Position numbers and translations under genes: made by a program. From an uncultured Nitrospiraceae bacterium (GTDB taxonomy: Bacteria > Hydrogenedentota > Hydrogenedentia > Hydrogenedentales > SLHB01), in assembly GCA_964402555.1 (NCBI GenBank), contig CAYOCT010000024.1:27314-91313 (forward strand): a stretch of DNA of 64,000 nt, written 5' to 3'. Below the pieces are notes generated by a model, which was given only the letters and a program-made list of their open reading frames with translations, was not told the origin of the DNA and did not search any database. Below are positions 1 to 8,158 of this stretch, in pieces (position 1 is the first letter of the stretch; each line of letters starts with the position of its first letter).

Positions 1-92
1 TGTCCGCAGCCGCACATCGCCGCCACGCTGAATGCCACCACCATCGCATAGCTAATGCATCGCATCGTTCGTCCTCCCGTATCTCGGCGCGC

Positions 93-1109
93 TCACGAAG
101 CCGTCTTCTTCTTGCCCAGCAGTTGCAGCCACACGGCCACCAATATGATAACGGCTTTCGACATCCACTGCACGTTCTCGTCGACATTGTTGAGGCCCAG
201 CACGTTGGACAGGATTCCAAGCGCCAGGGCGCCAACGACCGTGCCGAAGATCCCCCCCTTGCCCCCGGCGAGGCTCGTCCCGCCAATTACTGCGGCCGCG
301 ATTGCGTCGAGTTCGTACGCCATGCCCGCCGTCGGCGCGCCCTGGTGCGTCTCGCAGCAGTACAGGACGCCGGCGATGCCCGCGACGAAGCCCGAAAGGG
401 CGTAGACGCGGATCTTGACCCAGGCGACGTTGATGCCCGACAAGCGCGCCGCGTCTTCGCTCCCGCCGACCGCCATGAGGTAGCGCCCGAACCGCGTCCA
501 GTTGAGCAGGATTAAGGCCACGATGGTCACGGCAATAAACGTCGGCACGACGAAGGTCTTCTGCGCGATGAAATCGACTACCGGTTTCGTGCGGTCGTCG
601 TAGCCCACGGCAATGGTCGCGTTGCCGACAAGCCATTTCGCGAGGCCGCGGCTGCCGATCATCGTGGCAAGCGTCACGATAAACGGCTGCATCCTCAGGC
701 GTGTGATCACGACTCCCGCAAGCAATCCGAAGGCCGACGTCGCCAATAGCGCGAGTGCGATGCCCGCGGCCGCGGCGCCGCCGAACGAGGCAGAGGTAAA
801 CACGTACGCAAACACGGTGCAAGACAGCGCGAGTAACGACCCCACCGAGAGGTCGATACCGCCGCTGATGATGACCAGGGTCATCCCCATTGCCAGGATG
901 CCGATGTCGGAGATTTGCCGCAGCACATTCGCGAGGTTGTCCGCGCGCCAGAAGATAGGCGAACCAGCCTCGCGAGGCGAAAAGACCGTCGCCAGCACGA
1001 CCACGAAAAGCAGCGTGGCCAGCGGGCGCAACCAACCGTATTGCATTCGAGAGGATTTCGCGCTCATGCCCATTACCCACCGTCGAATTAGGAGCCGGTA
1101 TACTAGCAT
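93..1109 (-). CDS. ABC transporter permease (sugar/ribose RbsC-like family)
   Basis: The translation is a polytopic membrane protein with the typical RbsC/branched sugar permease core (GGIDLSVGS, multiple TM helices). The ORF as given starts at 1175 inside a 9-bp repeat array. MLVYR at 1109 is preceded by GGAGGGGGG N6, so that is the preferred start. Confidence 0.8.
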   Translation of the reverse strand: MLVYRLLIRRWVMGMSAKSSRMQYGWLRPLATLLFVVVLATVFSPREAGSPIFWRADNLANVLRQISDIGILAMGMTLVIISGGIDLSVGSLLALSCTVFAYVFTSASFGGAAAAGIALALLATSAFGLLAGVVITRLRMQPFIVTLATMIGSRGLAKWLVGNATIAVGYDDRTKPVVDFIAQKTFVVPTFIAVTIVALILLNWTRFGRYLMAVGGSEDAARLSGINVAWVKIRVYALSGFVAGIAGVLYCCETHQGAPTAGMAYELDAIAAAVIGGTSLAGGKGGIFGTVVGALALGILSNVLGLNNVDENVQWMSKAVIILVAVWLQLLGKKKTAS

Positions 1110-1143
1110 CGCTTGCCCCCCTCCGCAACCTCGTGCGATGCGA

Positions 1144-1173
1144 CCTATAGGTCGTATAGGTCCTATAGGTCCC
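1144..1173. repeat. 9-bp tandem repeat (CTATAGGTC/TATAGGTCC) x3, first locus
   Basis: Direct tandem copies cgacCTATAGGTCGTATAGGTCCTATAGGTCCcatg read on the plus strand. The array lies in the divergent intergenic region between the permease and hdrC. The same 9-mer family recurs at 39862-39897. Confidence 0.7.
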
Positions 1174-1268
1174 ATGACCTGCGGGCGGCTTGCACTCGTT
1201 CCTGCGGTCTGCTACATTGGCGGCTTGCAATGAGGCCCCCAGGCTCCACAAAAGCCTTATGAACATGG

Positions 1269-1823
1269 GTGAAGTGTATGAGCACAAACAGCGCGTCCCT
1301 TGACAAGTTCGCAGGCACGTCCGTTGAACGCTGCTACCAATGCGGCAAGTGCACGGCGGGGTGTCCGGTCGCGGACCAGATGGACATGATGCCGAATCAG
1401 ATTGTCCGCCTCGCGCAACTGGGCGAGATGGATCGCGCTGTTCATTGCATGGCCATCTGGAGTTGCGTGTCGTGCCAGACGTGCACGGCGCGATGCCCGC
1501 AGGAAGTCGATTGCGCGGGGGTGCTCGACATTGTGCGGCAGGCCGCGGCCGAGGAGGGCGCCATCCCTCCGGAACGCCAGCGGATCTATCTTTTCCAGAA
1601 GGCATTCCTGGACAATGTCCGCAAGTACGGGCGCGTGAACGAAGTGGAATTGATCCGTCAGTTCAAGACCGGCGCGTTCCTGAAAGACTTCGACGTTCCG
1701 TTGCTCATGAAAGATGCGACGCTTGCGCCCAAATTGATGCAGCGGGGCAAGTTTCATTTCCGTGGCGAGAAGGTAAAGGATCGCGCGGTTGTCGGCCGTA
1801 TCTTCGAACGCTGCATGAAGTAG
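1269..1823 (+). CDS. hdrC: heterodisulfide reductase subunit C (two CX2CX2CX3CP 4Fe-4S motifs)
   Basis: Motifs CYQCGKCTAGCP and CVSCQTCTARCP, about 184 aa, directly upstream of hdrB. The ORF begins with GTG at 1269; an in-frame ATG at 1278 is an alternative start. Confidence 0.85.
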   Translation: MKCMSTNSASLDKFAGTSVERCYQCGKCTAGCPVADQMDMMPNQIVRLAQLGEMDRAVHCMAIWSCVSCQTCTARCPQEVDCAGVLDIVRQAAAEEGAIPPERQRIYLFQKAFLDNVRKYGRVNEVELIRQFKTGAFLKDFDVPLLMKDATLAPKLMQRGKFHFRGEKVKDRAVVGRIFERCMK

Positions 1824-1888
1824 ATCTTCCCTCTGAGAGTGCGGGGGCACTCGACGAGAATCGATAACGCATAACCGAGGTGTTGACG

Positions 1889-2770
1889 ATGCAATTTGGC
1901 TACTATCCGGGTTGCGCCCTGCACGGCTCGTCGAACGACTACGAACGATCTGTCCAGGCCTGCCTCAAGAAGCTCGGCGTCGGATTGAAAGAACTCGATG
2001 ACTGGATTTGCTGCGGGGCGACGGCCGCGCATTCGCTCAATCACACGCTGTCCGTAGCGCTGCCCGCGCGCAATCTGGGCCTCGCCGAGCGCGACGGTCT
2101 GAACGAACTGCTCGCGCCGTGCCCGATGTGCTCGATGGAACTGATCAAGGCGCGGCGGGCCATGGCGGCGGACGCCGGATTGCGCAAGCAGATCTCGGAT
2201 ATCGTGGAACTGCCCGTCACCGGCAACGCCGAAGTCGTCAACCTCATTCAGGTGTTTCAGCGCATCGGCCTCGACCGGATTCGCGACGCCGTAACGCGGC
2301 CCCTCGAACATATCGCCGCCGCGTGTTACTACGGCTGCCTCCTGACTCGCCCGCCGGACACGGTGCAGTTCGACGACTGCGAACATCCGCAATCCATGGA
2401 AACGATTCTCGAAGCGCTCGGCGCGCGCGCGGTCGAATGGAACTACCAGACCGAATGCTGTGGCGCGGGCATGACGATGGCCAGCGAATCCACCGTGTTG
2501 AACTTGTCGCACAAGATTCTGGACAACGCGGAGGCGCACGGCGCGAACTGTGTTGTCGTGGCGTGCCCGATGTGCCACGTCAATCTCGACATGAAACAAC
2601 CCGACATTGACCGGCGTTACGGCGTCAAGCACGAACTCGTGGTCTATTACCTGTCGGATCTCGTGGGCCTCGCGCTGGGTTTGAGCGAAGCCGAACTGGG
2701 TATCGACAAACACTTCGTCTTCAGACAACCGAAACCGGCGCCGCAGCCCGTGGCCGTGGAAGAGGATTAG
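1889..2770 (+). CDS. hdrB: heterodisulfide reductase subunit B (CCG-domain protein)
   Basis: The translation begins MQFGYYPGCA and carries two cysteine-rich CCG motifs (CCGA, PCPMC, ACPMCHVN). The ATG at 1889 has GAGGTG 6 nt upstream; a longer GTG start lies at 1880. Confidence 0.85.
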   Translation: MQFGYYPGCALHGSSNDYERSVQACLKKLGVGLKELDDWICCGATAAHSLNHTLSVALPARNLGLAERDGLNELLAPCPMCSMELIKARRAMAADAGLRKQISDIVELPVTGNAEVVNLIQVFQRIGLDRIRDAVTRPLEHIAAACYYGCLLTRPPDTVQFDDCEHPQSMETILEALGARAVEWNYQTECCGAGMTMASESTVLNLSHKILDNAEAHGANCVVVACPMCHVNLDMKQPDIDRRYGVKHELVVYYLSDLVGLALGLSEAELGIDKHFVFRQPKPAPQPVAVEED

Positions 2771-2772
2771 TA

Positions 2773-4773
2773 ATGGCACGCATTGGCGTTTTCATATGTT
2801 GGTGCGGCGAAAACATCGCGCGGACCGTGGATGTCGAGAAGGCAACGCAGGCCATCGCCGAAATCCCCGGCGTGCGGTATGCGGTCAACTACAAGTACAT
2901 GTGCTCCGACCCCGGGCAATCGATGATCCGCGACCGGATCAAGGCAGACAAGTTGCAGGGACTCGTGGTGGCATCGTGTTCGCCGCACATGCACATGAAG
3001 ACCTTCCGGGCCGCAGCGAAGGCCGCCGGCTTGAACCCGTATCTGGTCGAGATGGCAAACATCCGCGAGCATTGTTCGTGGGTGCACCATGACCGTGAGG
3101 AAGCGACCGCAAAGGCCATCGATCTCATCCGAATGGCCGTTGGCAAGGTCATACGCAATCGCGCGCTCAGTCCAATTCAAGTACCACTGACCAAGCGCGT
3201 GCTGGTGATCGGCGCGGGCGTCGCGGGCATTCAGGCCGCGCTCGATTGCGCGGACGCGGGCTACGAGGTCGTGCTGGTCGAACGCCAGCCTTCGGTCGGC
3301 GGCAAGATGGCCGGACTATCCGAAACGTTCCCGACGCTGGACTGTTCGCAGTGCATCCTGACGCCGCGCATGGTCGAAGTCGGGCAGCACCCGAACATCA
3401 CCCTGCACACGTACTCGGAAGTCGAGTCGGTCGACGGCTACGTGGGTAATTTCAAAGTCACCGTGCGCAAGAAGGCGCGTTGCGTCGACATGGCCAAGTG
3501 CACCGGGTGCGGCGATTGCTGGAACCGGTGCCCGTCGCGCAAGACGCCGAGCGAGTTCGATTACGGTCTCGCGCCGCGCAAGGCCATCTACCTGCCGTTC
3601 CCGCAGGCCGTGCCGGCGCGCCCGGTGATCGACAAGAGCGCCTGCTTCCATTTCATCCGCAACGCGTGCGGGACGTGCAAGAAGAAATGCGCCGCGGAAG
3701 CCATCGACTTCGACGAAGAAGACAAGCTGGTCACCGAGGACGTGGGCGCGATCATCGTGGCCACGGGATATCAGTTGTACACCATCGGCAAAGATCAGCC
3801 GGGCGACAAGCTGGTGGGTTACGGCGAATATGGCTATGGCAAATACAAGGACGTGATCGACGCGCTTCAGTTTGAACGCCTCGTGTCGGCCTCGGGACCG
3901 ACGGGCGGCGAACTCAAACGCCCGTCGGACGGCGCGACGCCGAAGACGGTCGTGTTCATTTCGTGCGTCGGGTCGCGCGACAACGCCAAGGGCATCTCGT
4001 ACTGCTCGAAGATCTGCTGCATGTATACGGCCAAGCATACGATGCTCTACAAGCACAAAGTGCACGAGGGCACGGCCCATGTCTTCTACATGGACATCCG
4101 CGCGGGCGGCAAGAACTACGACGAGTTCGTGCGGCGCGCGATCGAGCAGGACGGCGCGCAATACCATCGCGGCCGCGTATCGAAGATCACGGAGGAAAAC
4201 GGCAAGTTGATCGTGCGTGGCGCGGACACGCTCGCCGGAACGCCGGTCACGATCGAGGCGGACATGGTCGTGCTGGCCGCGGCGATGCGCCCGTCGGACG
4301 GCGTGCTCGAACTCGCGCAGAAACTCAAAGTCGGCTACGACGAGTTTGGATTTCTCTCAGAATCGCATCCGAAGCTGCGTCCCGTCGAAACCAACACGGC
4401 GGGCGTGTACGTGTGCGGCGCGTGCCAAGCGCCCAAGGATATCCCCGAGGCCGTCGCCCAAGCCTCGGCGGCGGCGAGCAAGGTCTTGGTGATGTTCGGC
4501 AAGGGCGAACTCACGCGCGAGCCGGAAATAGCCCAGGTCAACGAGCAGGTGTGCGCGGCATGCTACGCGTGCGTGCGGACGTGTCCGTACAACGCCATCG
4601 ACAAGGCCGAGATTCGCGACCGCAAGGGCAATTTGGTCAAGTACACAGCACGTGTGAATCCCGGGCTCTGCATGGGCTGCGGCACGTGCGTCGCGGTGTG
4701 TCCGTCGAAGAGCGTGGATTTGGACGGGTTCAGCGAGCAGCAGGTGTACGAGATGGTGCGAAACCTTCTTTGA
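2773..4773 (+). CDS. hdrA: heterodisulfide reductase subunit A, FAD-binding with multiple 4Fe-4S clusters
   Basis: Dinucleotide-binding motif VLVIGAGVAGIQAA, the HdrA-type N-terminal C-cluster (FICWCGENIA), and four ferredoxin-like CxxCxxCxxxCP motifs. Length 666 aa. Confidence 0.9.
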   Translation: MARIGVFICWCGENIARTVDVEKATQAIAEIPGVRYAVNYKYMCSDPGQSMIRDRIKADKLQGLVVASCSPHMHMKTFRAAAKAAGLNPYLVEMANIREHCSWVHHDREEATAKAIDLIRMAVGKVIRNRALSPIQVPLTKRVLVIGAGVAGIQAALDCADAGYEVVLVERQPSVGGKMAGLSETFPTLDCSQCILTPRMVEVGQHPNITLHTYSEVESVDGYVGNFKVTVRKKARCVDMAKCTGCGDCWNRCPSRKTPSEFDYGLAPRKAIYLPFPQAVPARPVIDKSACFHFIRNACGTCKKKCAAEAIDFDEEDKLVTEDVGAIIVATGYQLYTIGKDQPGDKLVGYGEYGYGKYKDVIDALQFERLVSASGPTGGELKRPSDGATPKTVVFISCVGSRDNAKGISYCSKICCMYTAKHTMLYKHKVHEGTAHVFYMDIRAGGKNYDEFVRRAIEQDGAQYHRGRVSKITEENGKLIVRGADTLAGTPVTIEADMVVLAAAMRPSDGVLELAQKLKVGYDEFGFLSESHPKLRPVETNTAGVYVCGACQAPKDIPEAVAQASAAASKVLVMFGKGELTREPEIAQVNEQVCAACYACVRTCPYNAIDKAEIRDRKGNLVKYTARVNPGLCMGCGTCVAVCPSKSVDLDGFSEQQVYEMVRNLL

Positions 4774-4867
4774 TTTTGGGTTTTAGATTTTGGATTTTGG
4801 ATTGTCGGCGCGCTACGCCGACATCTGGAGCGCGAAAGAACAACTCGGCGTTTGGGACGTTTTTCCT

Positions 4868-5308
4868 ATGAGTGAAACAACTCAGTTCGAACCGAAGATC
4901 GTGGCGTACGTCTGCAATTGGTGCACGTACTTGGGCGCGGACTTGGCGGGCACAAACCGCCTCGAATATCCGTCGAACGTGCGGATTATCCGGCTGCCGT
5001 GCACGGGGCGCATCGACTTCAACTTGATCATCAAGGCGCTGGAGGCCGGGGCGGACGCGGTGCTGGTGTCGGGCTGCCATCCGGGCGATTGCCATTACAC
5101 CGCGGGCAATTACCACGCGCGGCGCCGCTGGATGCTGTTCCGCGAACTCCTCGACACGCTGGGCATCGAGATGGAGCGTATCCATTTCGCGTGGATCAGC
5201 GCGGCCGAGGGCAAGAAGTTCCAGCAGACGATCACGGAACTGACGGAACGCACGCGCCAGCTTGGTCCCTACACGGCGTACAAGCAACTTTGCGAGGCCG
5301 CATCATGA
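4868..5308 (+). CDS. mvhD: MvhD/FlxD-like hydrogenase delta-subunit family protein (2Fe-2S electron transfer subunit)
   Basis: Residues VAYVCNWCTY...RLPCTGRID...SGCHPGDCHY give the characteristic MvhD cysteine pattern. The translation starts MSETTQ at 4868. The 3' end overlaps the next gene by 4 bp. Confidence 0.8.
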   Translation: MSETTQFEPKIVAYVCNWCTYLGADLAGTNRLEYPSNVRIIRLPCTGRIDFNLIIKALEAGADAVLVSGCHPGDCHYTAGNYHARRRWMLFRELLDTLGIEMERIHFAWISAAEGKKFQQTITELTERTRQLGPYTAYKQLCEAAS

Positions 5309-6141
5309 TTGAACAATTGAGAGACACTTGCCGGCGCTTGCTGGAGGAAGGCAAGGTCCAGGTCGTTATCGGCTATGGGCAGGACGGCGGCGGGCCCGCG
5401 TATCCCATCTTCATCAGAAAACCGGAAGACACGGCGAGGCTCGTGTGGAACGACCAATGCTTCGCCAATCTCGCCACGTATCTCACGCGCAAGGACATCA
5501 AGGCGCTGGGGACGCCCGCGTTGATCGTGAAGGGGTGCGATGAGCGCGCGGTAGTCGTGCTGGAACAGGAATCGCAGATTGACCGTTCGGCGGTCTACGT
5601 GATCGGTGTTGCGTGCGACGGCATCGGCAGTCCGCGCGCGCCCAAGTGTGCGTCGTGCGACGTCCATACGCCGCGATTTGCGGACGAAACGATGGGCGAG
5701 GCTTCGTCGGCCAACGCGGTGGACGGACGCTTCGCAGGTCTCAACGCGTTCATGCAGAAAAGCCAGGCAGAACGCATGCAGTATTGGATGGCCGAACTTG
5801 CGCGATGCGTCAAGTGCTACGCGTGCCGCGAAGTCTGCCCGCTCTGTTACTGCAACCGGTGCATCGTGGACAAGAATCGTCCGACGGTCATCGACACCAG
5901 CGCCACGCTGAAAGGCAATTTCGCGTGGCAGATCGTCCGGTCGTTCCATCTTGCGGGACGGTGCGTGGGTTGTGGCGAATGCACGCGCGCGTGTCCTGCC
6001 GGCATCAACTTGTCGCTGCTGAATCAGACCCTAGCGCGCGCCGCGGAGACGCAGTTCCAGTACCGCGCCGGGATGGACCGCGAAACGCCTCCGGTCATCG
6101 GCTCGTACAGCCAGGAGGATAAGGAGGCTTTCATTCTGTGA
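5305..6141 (+). CDS. 4Fe-4S dicluster iron-sulfur protein (FlxC-like subunit of the Hdr-associated complex)
   Basis: ATG at 5305 in the frame of ORF 4918..6141; the 5' part of that ORF overlaps mvhD in another frame and is rejected. Motifs CVKCYACREVCP and CVGCGECTRACP. Confidence 0.6.
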   Translation: MIEQLRDTCRRLLEEGKVQVVIGYGQDGGGPAYPIFIRKPEDTARLVWNDQCFANLATYLTRKDIKALGTPALIVKGCDERAVVVLEQESQIDRSAVYVIGVACDGIGSPRAPKCASCDVHTPRFADETMGEASSANAVDGRFAGLNAFMQKSQAERMQYWMAELARCVKCYACREVCPLCYCNRCIVDKNRPTVIDTSATLKGNFAWQIVRSFHLAGRCVGCGECTRACPAGINLSLLNQTLARAAETQFQYRAGMDRETPPVIGSYSQEDKEAFIL

Positions 6142-7163
6142 GCGCGATCATCACACGCAAAGGCATTGACGATCTCGTAAACGCGTGGGTCGGCGAAGGC
6201 AAGGCGGCGCACGGGCCCGTGGCGGTCAAGCCGGACCTGTGCCTGTATGCGCCATTGGCATCCGGGTCGCAGCTTCTGCTGGACGGCTTCGTCCATCCGG
6301 GCAATTCGATCAAGGCGTTGTTCTTTCCGCGCCATGAGAAGATCTATTCCTACCGCTTCAAGGGCCAGCGGCTCGAACTCTCCGATTGCGACCCGCCGAA
6401 GGACGAGCAGTTGATCGTCGGCGCCCGCCCATGCGACGCGGCATCCGTGGCCGTACTCGACCAGGTGTTCAACTGGGACTTCAAGGATAAGTTCTACAAC
6501 GACCGCCGCGCGGCGACAACCATCGTGACGCTCGCGTGCGACTCGTTCGACAACCAGTGTTTTTGCACTTCGGTAGGCTTGGGACCGGCCGCCGAGCGCG
6601 GATCGGACGCTCTTCTACTCCCGATCGACGCGGATACCTTCGAGGTCCGCTGTCTCACGGAGAAGGGTAAGGCCCTGTTCGAAGGCAAGACGCAGGCTTC
6701 GGACCAGACAGCGAGCGTCGCTTCAGGCCCTGAAACGAAGTTCGATCCGGAAAGCGTGCGCGCGCGGCTTGCAGCAAGCTTCGAGGACCCCGCGTGGGGC
6801 GAGATCGTAATGCGATGCCTGGGTTGCGGCGCGTGCGCCTACACGTGCCCGACCTGCCACTGTTTCGACATCGTGGACGAGGGCAACGCGCTGGGCGGCG
6901 CGCGCATGAAGAACTGGGACAGTTGCCAGTATTCCATGTTCACGATGCACGCATCGGGCCACAATCCGCGCGCGACGCAAGGCCAGCGGCAGCGCCAGCG
7001 CATCCAGCACAAGTTCCGCATCTACCCCGAGAAATTCGGCGAGATTCTGTGCACGGGCTGCGGCAACTGTACGCGGAACTGCCCGGTCGGCTTGGGCGTA
7101 TTGAACACACTCTCCCAGTTGCGCGAGTTTGCGCGGCCCTGCGAAAGCGAAGTACGAGGATAG
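6138..7163 (+). CDS. FeS subunit resembling sulfhydrogenase beta / anaerobic sulfite reductase AsrA (FlxB-like)
   Basis: 341 aa with cysteine clusters CLGCGACAYTCPTCHC and CTGCGNCTRNCP. The 4-bp overlaps with both neighbours indicate translational coupling. Confidence 0.65.
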   Translation: MSAIITRKGIDDLVNAWVGEGKAAHGPVAVKPDLCLYAPLASGSQLLLDGFVHPGNSIKALFFPRHEKIYSYRFKGQRLELSDCDPPKDEQLIVGARPCDAASVAVLDQVFNWDFKDKFYNDRRAATTIVTLACDSFDNQCFCTSVGLGPAAERGSDALLLPIDADTFEVRCLTEKGKALFEGKTQASDQTASVASGPETKFDPESVRARLAASFEDPAWGEIVMRCLGCGACAYTCPTCHCFDIVDEGNALGGARMKNWDSCQYSMFTMHASGHNPRATQGQRQRQRIQHKFRIYPEKFGEILCTGCGNCTRNCPVGLGVLNTLSQLREFARPCESEVRG

Positions 7164-7165
7164 TC

Positions 7166-7999
7166 ATGGACAACGTCTACAAACCCGAACTCATGGAAGT
7201 CATCAAGGTCCACCAGCACACGGCCGACGTGAAATCGGTCCGGATTCGATTTCAGGATCCCGACGCCGCGTCTCGGTTCTCGTTCCAGGTGGGCCAGTTC
7301 GGCATGTTCTCGGCGTTCGGTTCGGGCGAATCGACGTTCAATATCTGTTCGAGTTCAACCTGGACGGACTTCATCGAATTCTGTTTTCGTAAGACCGGGC
7401 GCGTCACCGAAGTCCTCTGGCAGGTGGACGAAGGCGATACGATCGGGTTCCGCGGCCCGTACGGCAACGCGTATCCGACGGAACAGTGGAAAGGCAAGAA
7501 CCTCATTTTCATCGGAGGCGGCATCGCCATGCCCCCGATCCGGTGCGCCATCTGGTACGCCCTCGAGCATCGCGCCGACTACGGCGACATCACGATCGTG
7601 TACGGCGCGAAGACCCCGGGCGATCTCGTGTTTGTGGACGAACTCGACGAATGGGCCGCGCACGAACGCGTCCGCGTGATTCAGTGCGTCGATCCGGGCG
7701 GCGAGACTCCGGAGTGGAAGGGCGAAATCGGACTGATACCGAATGTCGTCGAAAAGGCGAATATTCCAGCGGAGAACAGTATCGCGCTCGTGATCGGCCC
7801 GCCGATCATGATCAAGTTCACACTGCCCGTCCTCGATAAGATGGGCCTGGGTAAGGGCGACATCTATACCAGCCTCGAAAACCGGATGAAATGCGGCGTG
7901 GGCAAGTGCGGGCGCTGCAATTGTGGGCCGGTGTACGTCTGCAAGGAAGGCCCCGTCTTCACCCTCGAACAGATCATGCGGATGCCCCAGGATTACTGA
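7166..7999 (+). CDS. FAD/NAD(P)-binding oxidoreductase subunit with C-terminal 2Fe-2S (hydrogenase gamma / AsrB / FlxA-like)
   Basis: The translation starts MDNVYKPEL at 7166. It has a ferredoxin-reductase-type fold (RSVRIRF...FGMFS, GGGIAMPP) and a C-terminal CGVGKCGRCNCG cluster. Confidence 0.7.
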   Translation: MDNVYKPELMEVIKVHQHTADVKSVRIRFQDPDAASRFSFQVGQFGMFSAFGSGESTFNICSSSTWTDFIEFCFRKTGRVTEVLWQVDEGDTIGFRGPYGNAYPTEQWKGKNLIFIGGGIAMPPIRCAIWYALEHRADYGDITIVYGAKTPGDLVFVDELDEWAAHERVRVIQCVDPGGETPEWKGEIGLIPNVVEKANIPAENSIALVIGPPIMIKFTLPVLDKMGLGKGDIYTSLENRMKCGVGKCGRCNCGPVYVCKEGPVFTLEQIMRMPQDY

Positions 8000-8158
8000 T
8001 CCGGACGCCGCTGCTGCCATTCCCACAGCCCTTTTGGGCTCTTCCCGAAAACGATAATTCTGCTGCTTTCGAGTTGCAATCTAGTTTTACTTGATCTACG
8101 CTGCAAAGCAGGCAGTGCAGTGTGCAGTACGAACTGGTGATAAAGGGAAGGAGTCATC

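Noticed and set aside
52-1605. 517-aa minus-strand ORF overlapping the permease and hdrC
   Set aside because: Typical high-GC antisense or overlapping-frame artefact. It is Arg/Pro-rich low-complexity sequence and overlaps well-supported genes on both strands.
3316-4167. 283-aa antisense ORF inside hdrA
   Set aside because: Lies entirely within the strongly supported hdrA coding sequence. Arg-rich antisense artefact.
4918-5304. 5' extension of the ORF 4918..6141 overlapping mvhD
   Set aside because: It is in a different frame from the well-supported mvhD gene. The internal ATG at 5305 gives the usual 4-bp coupled start.
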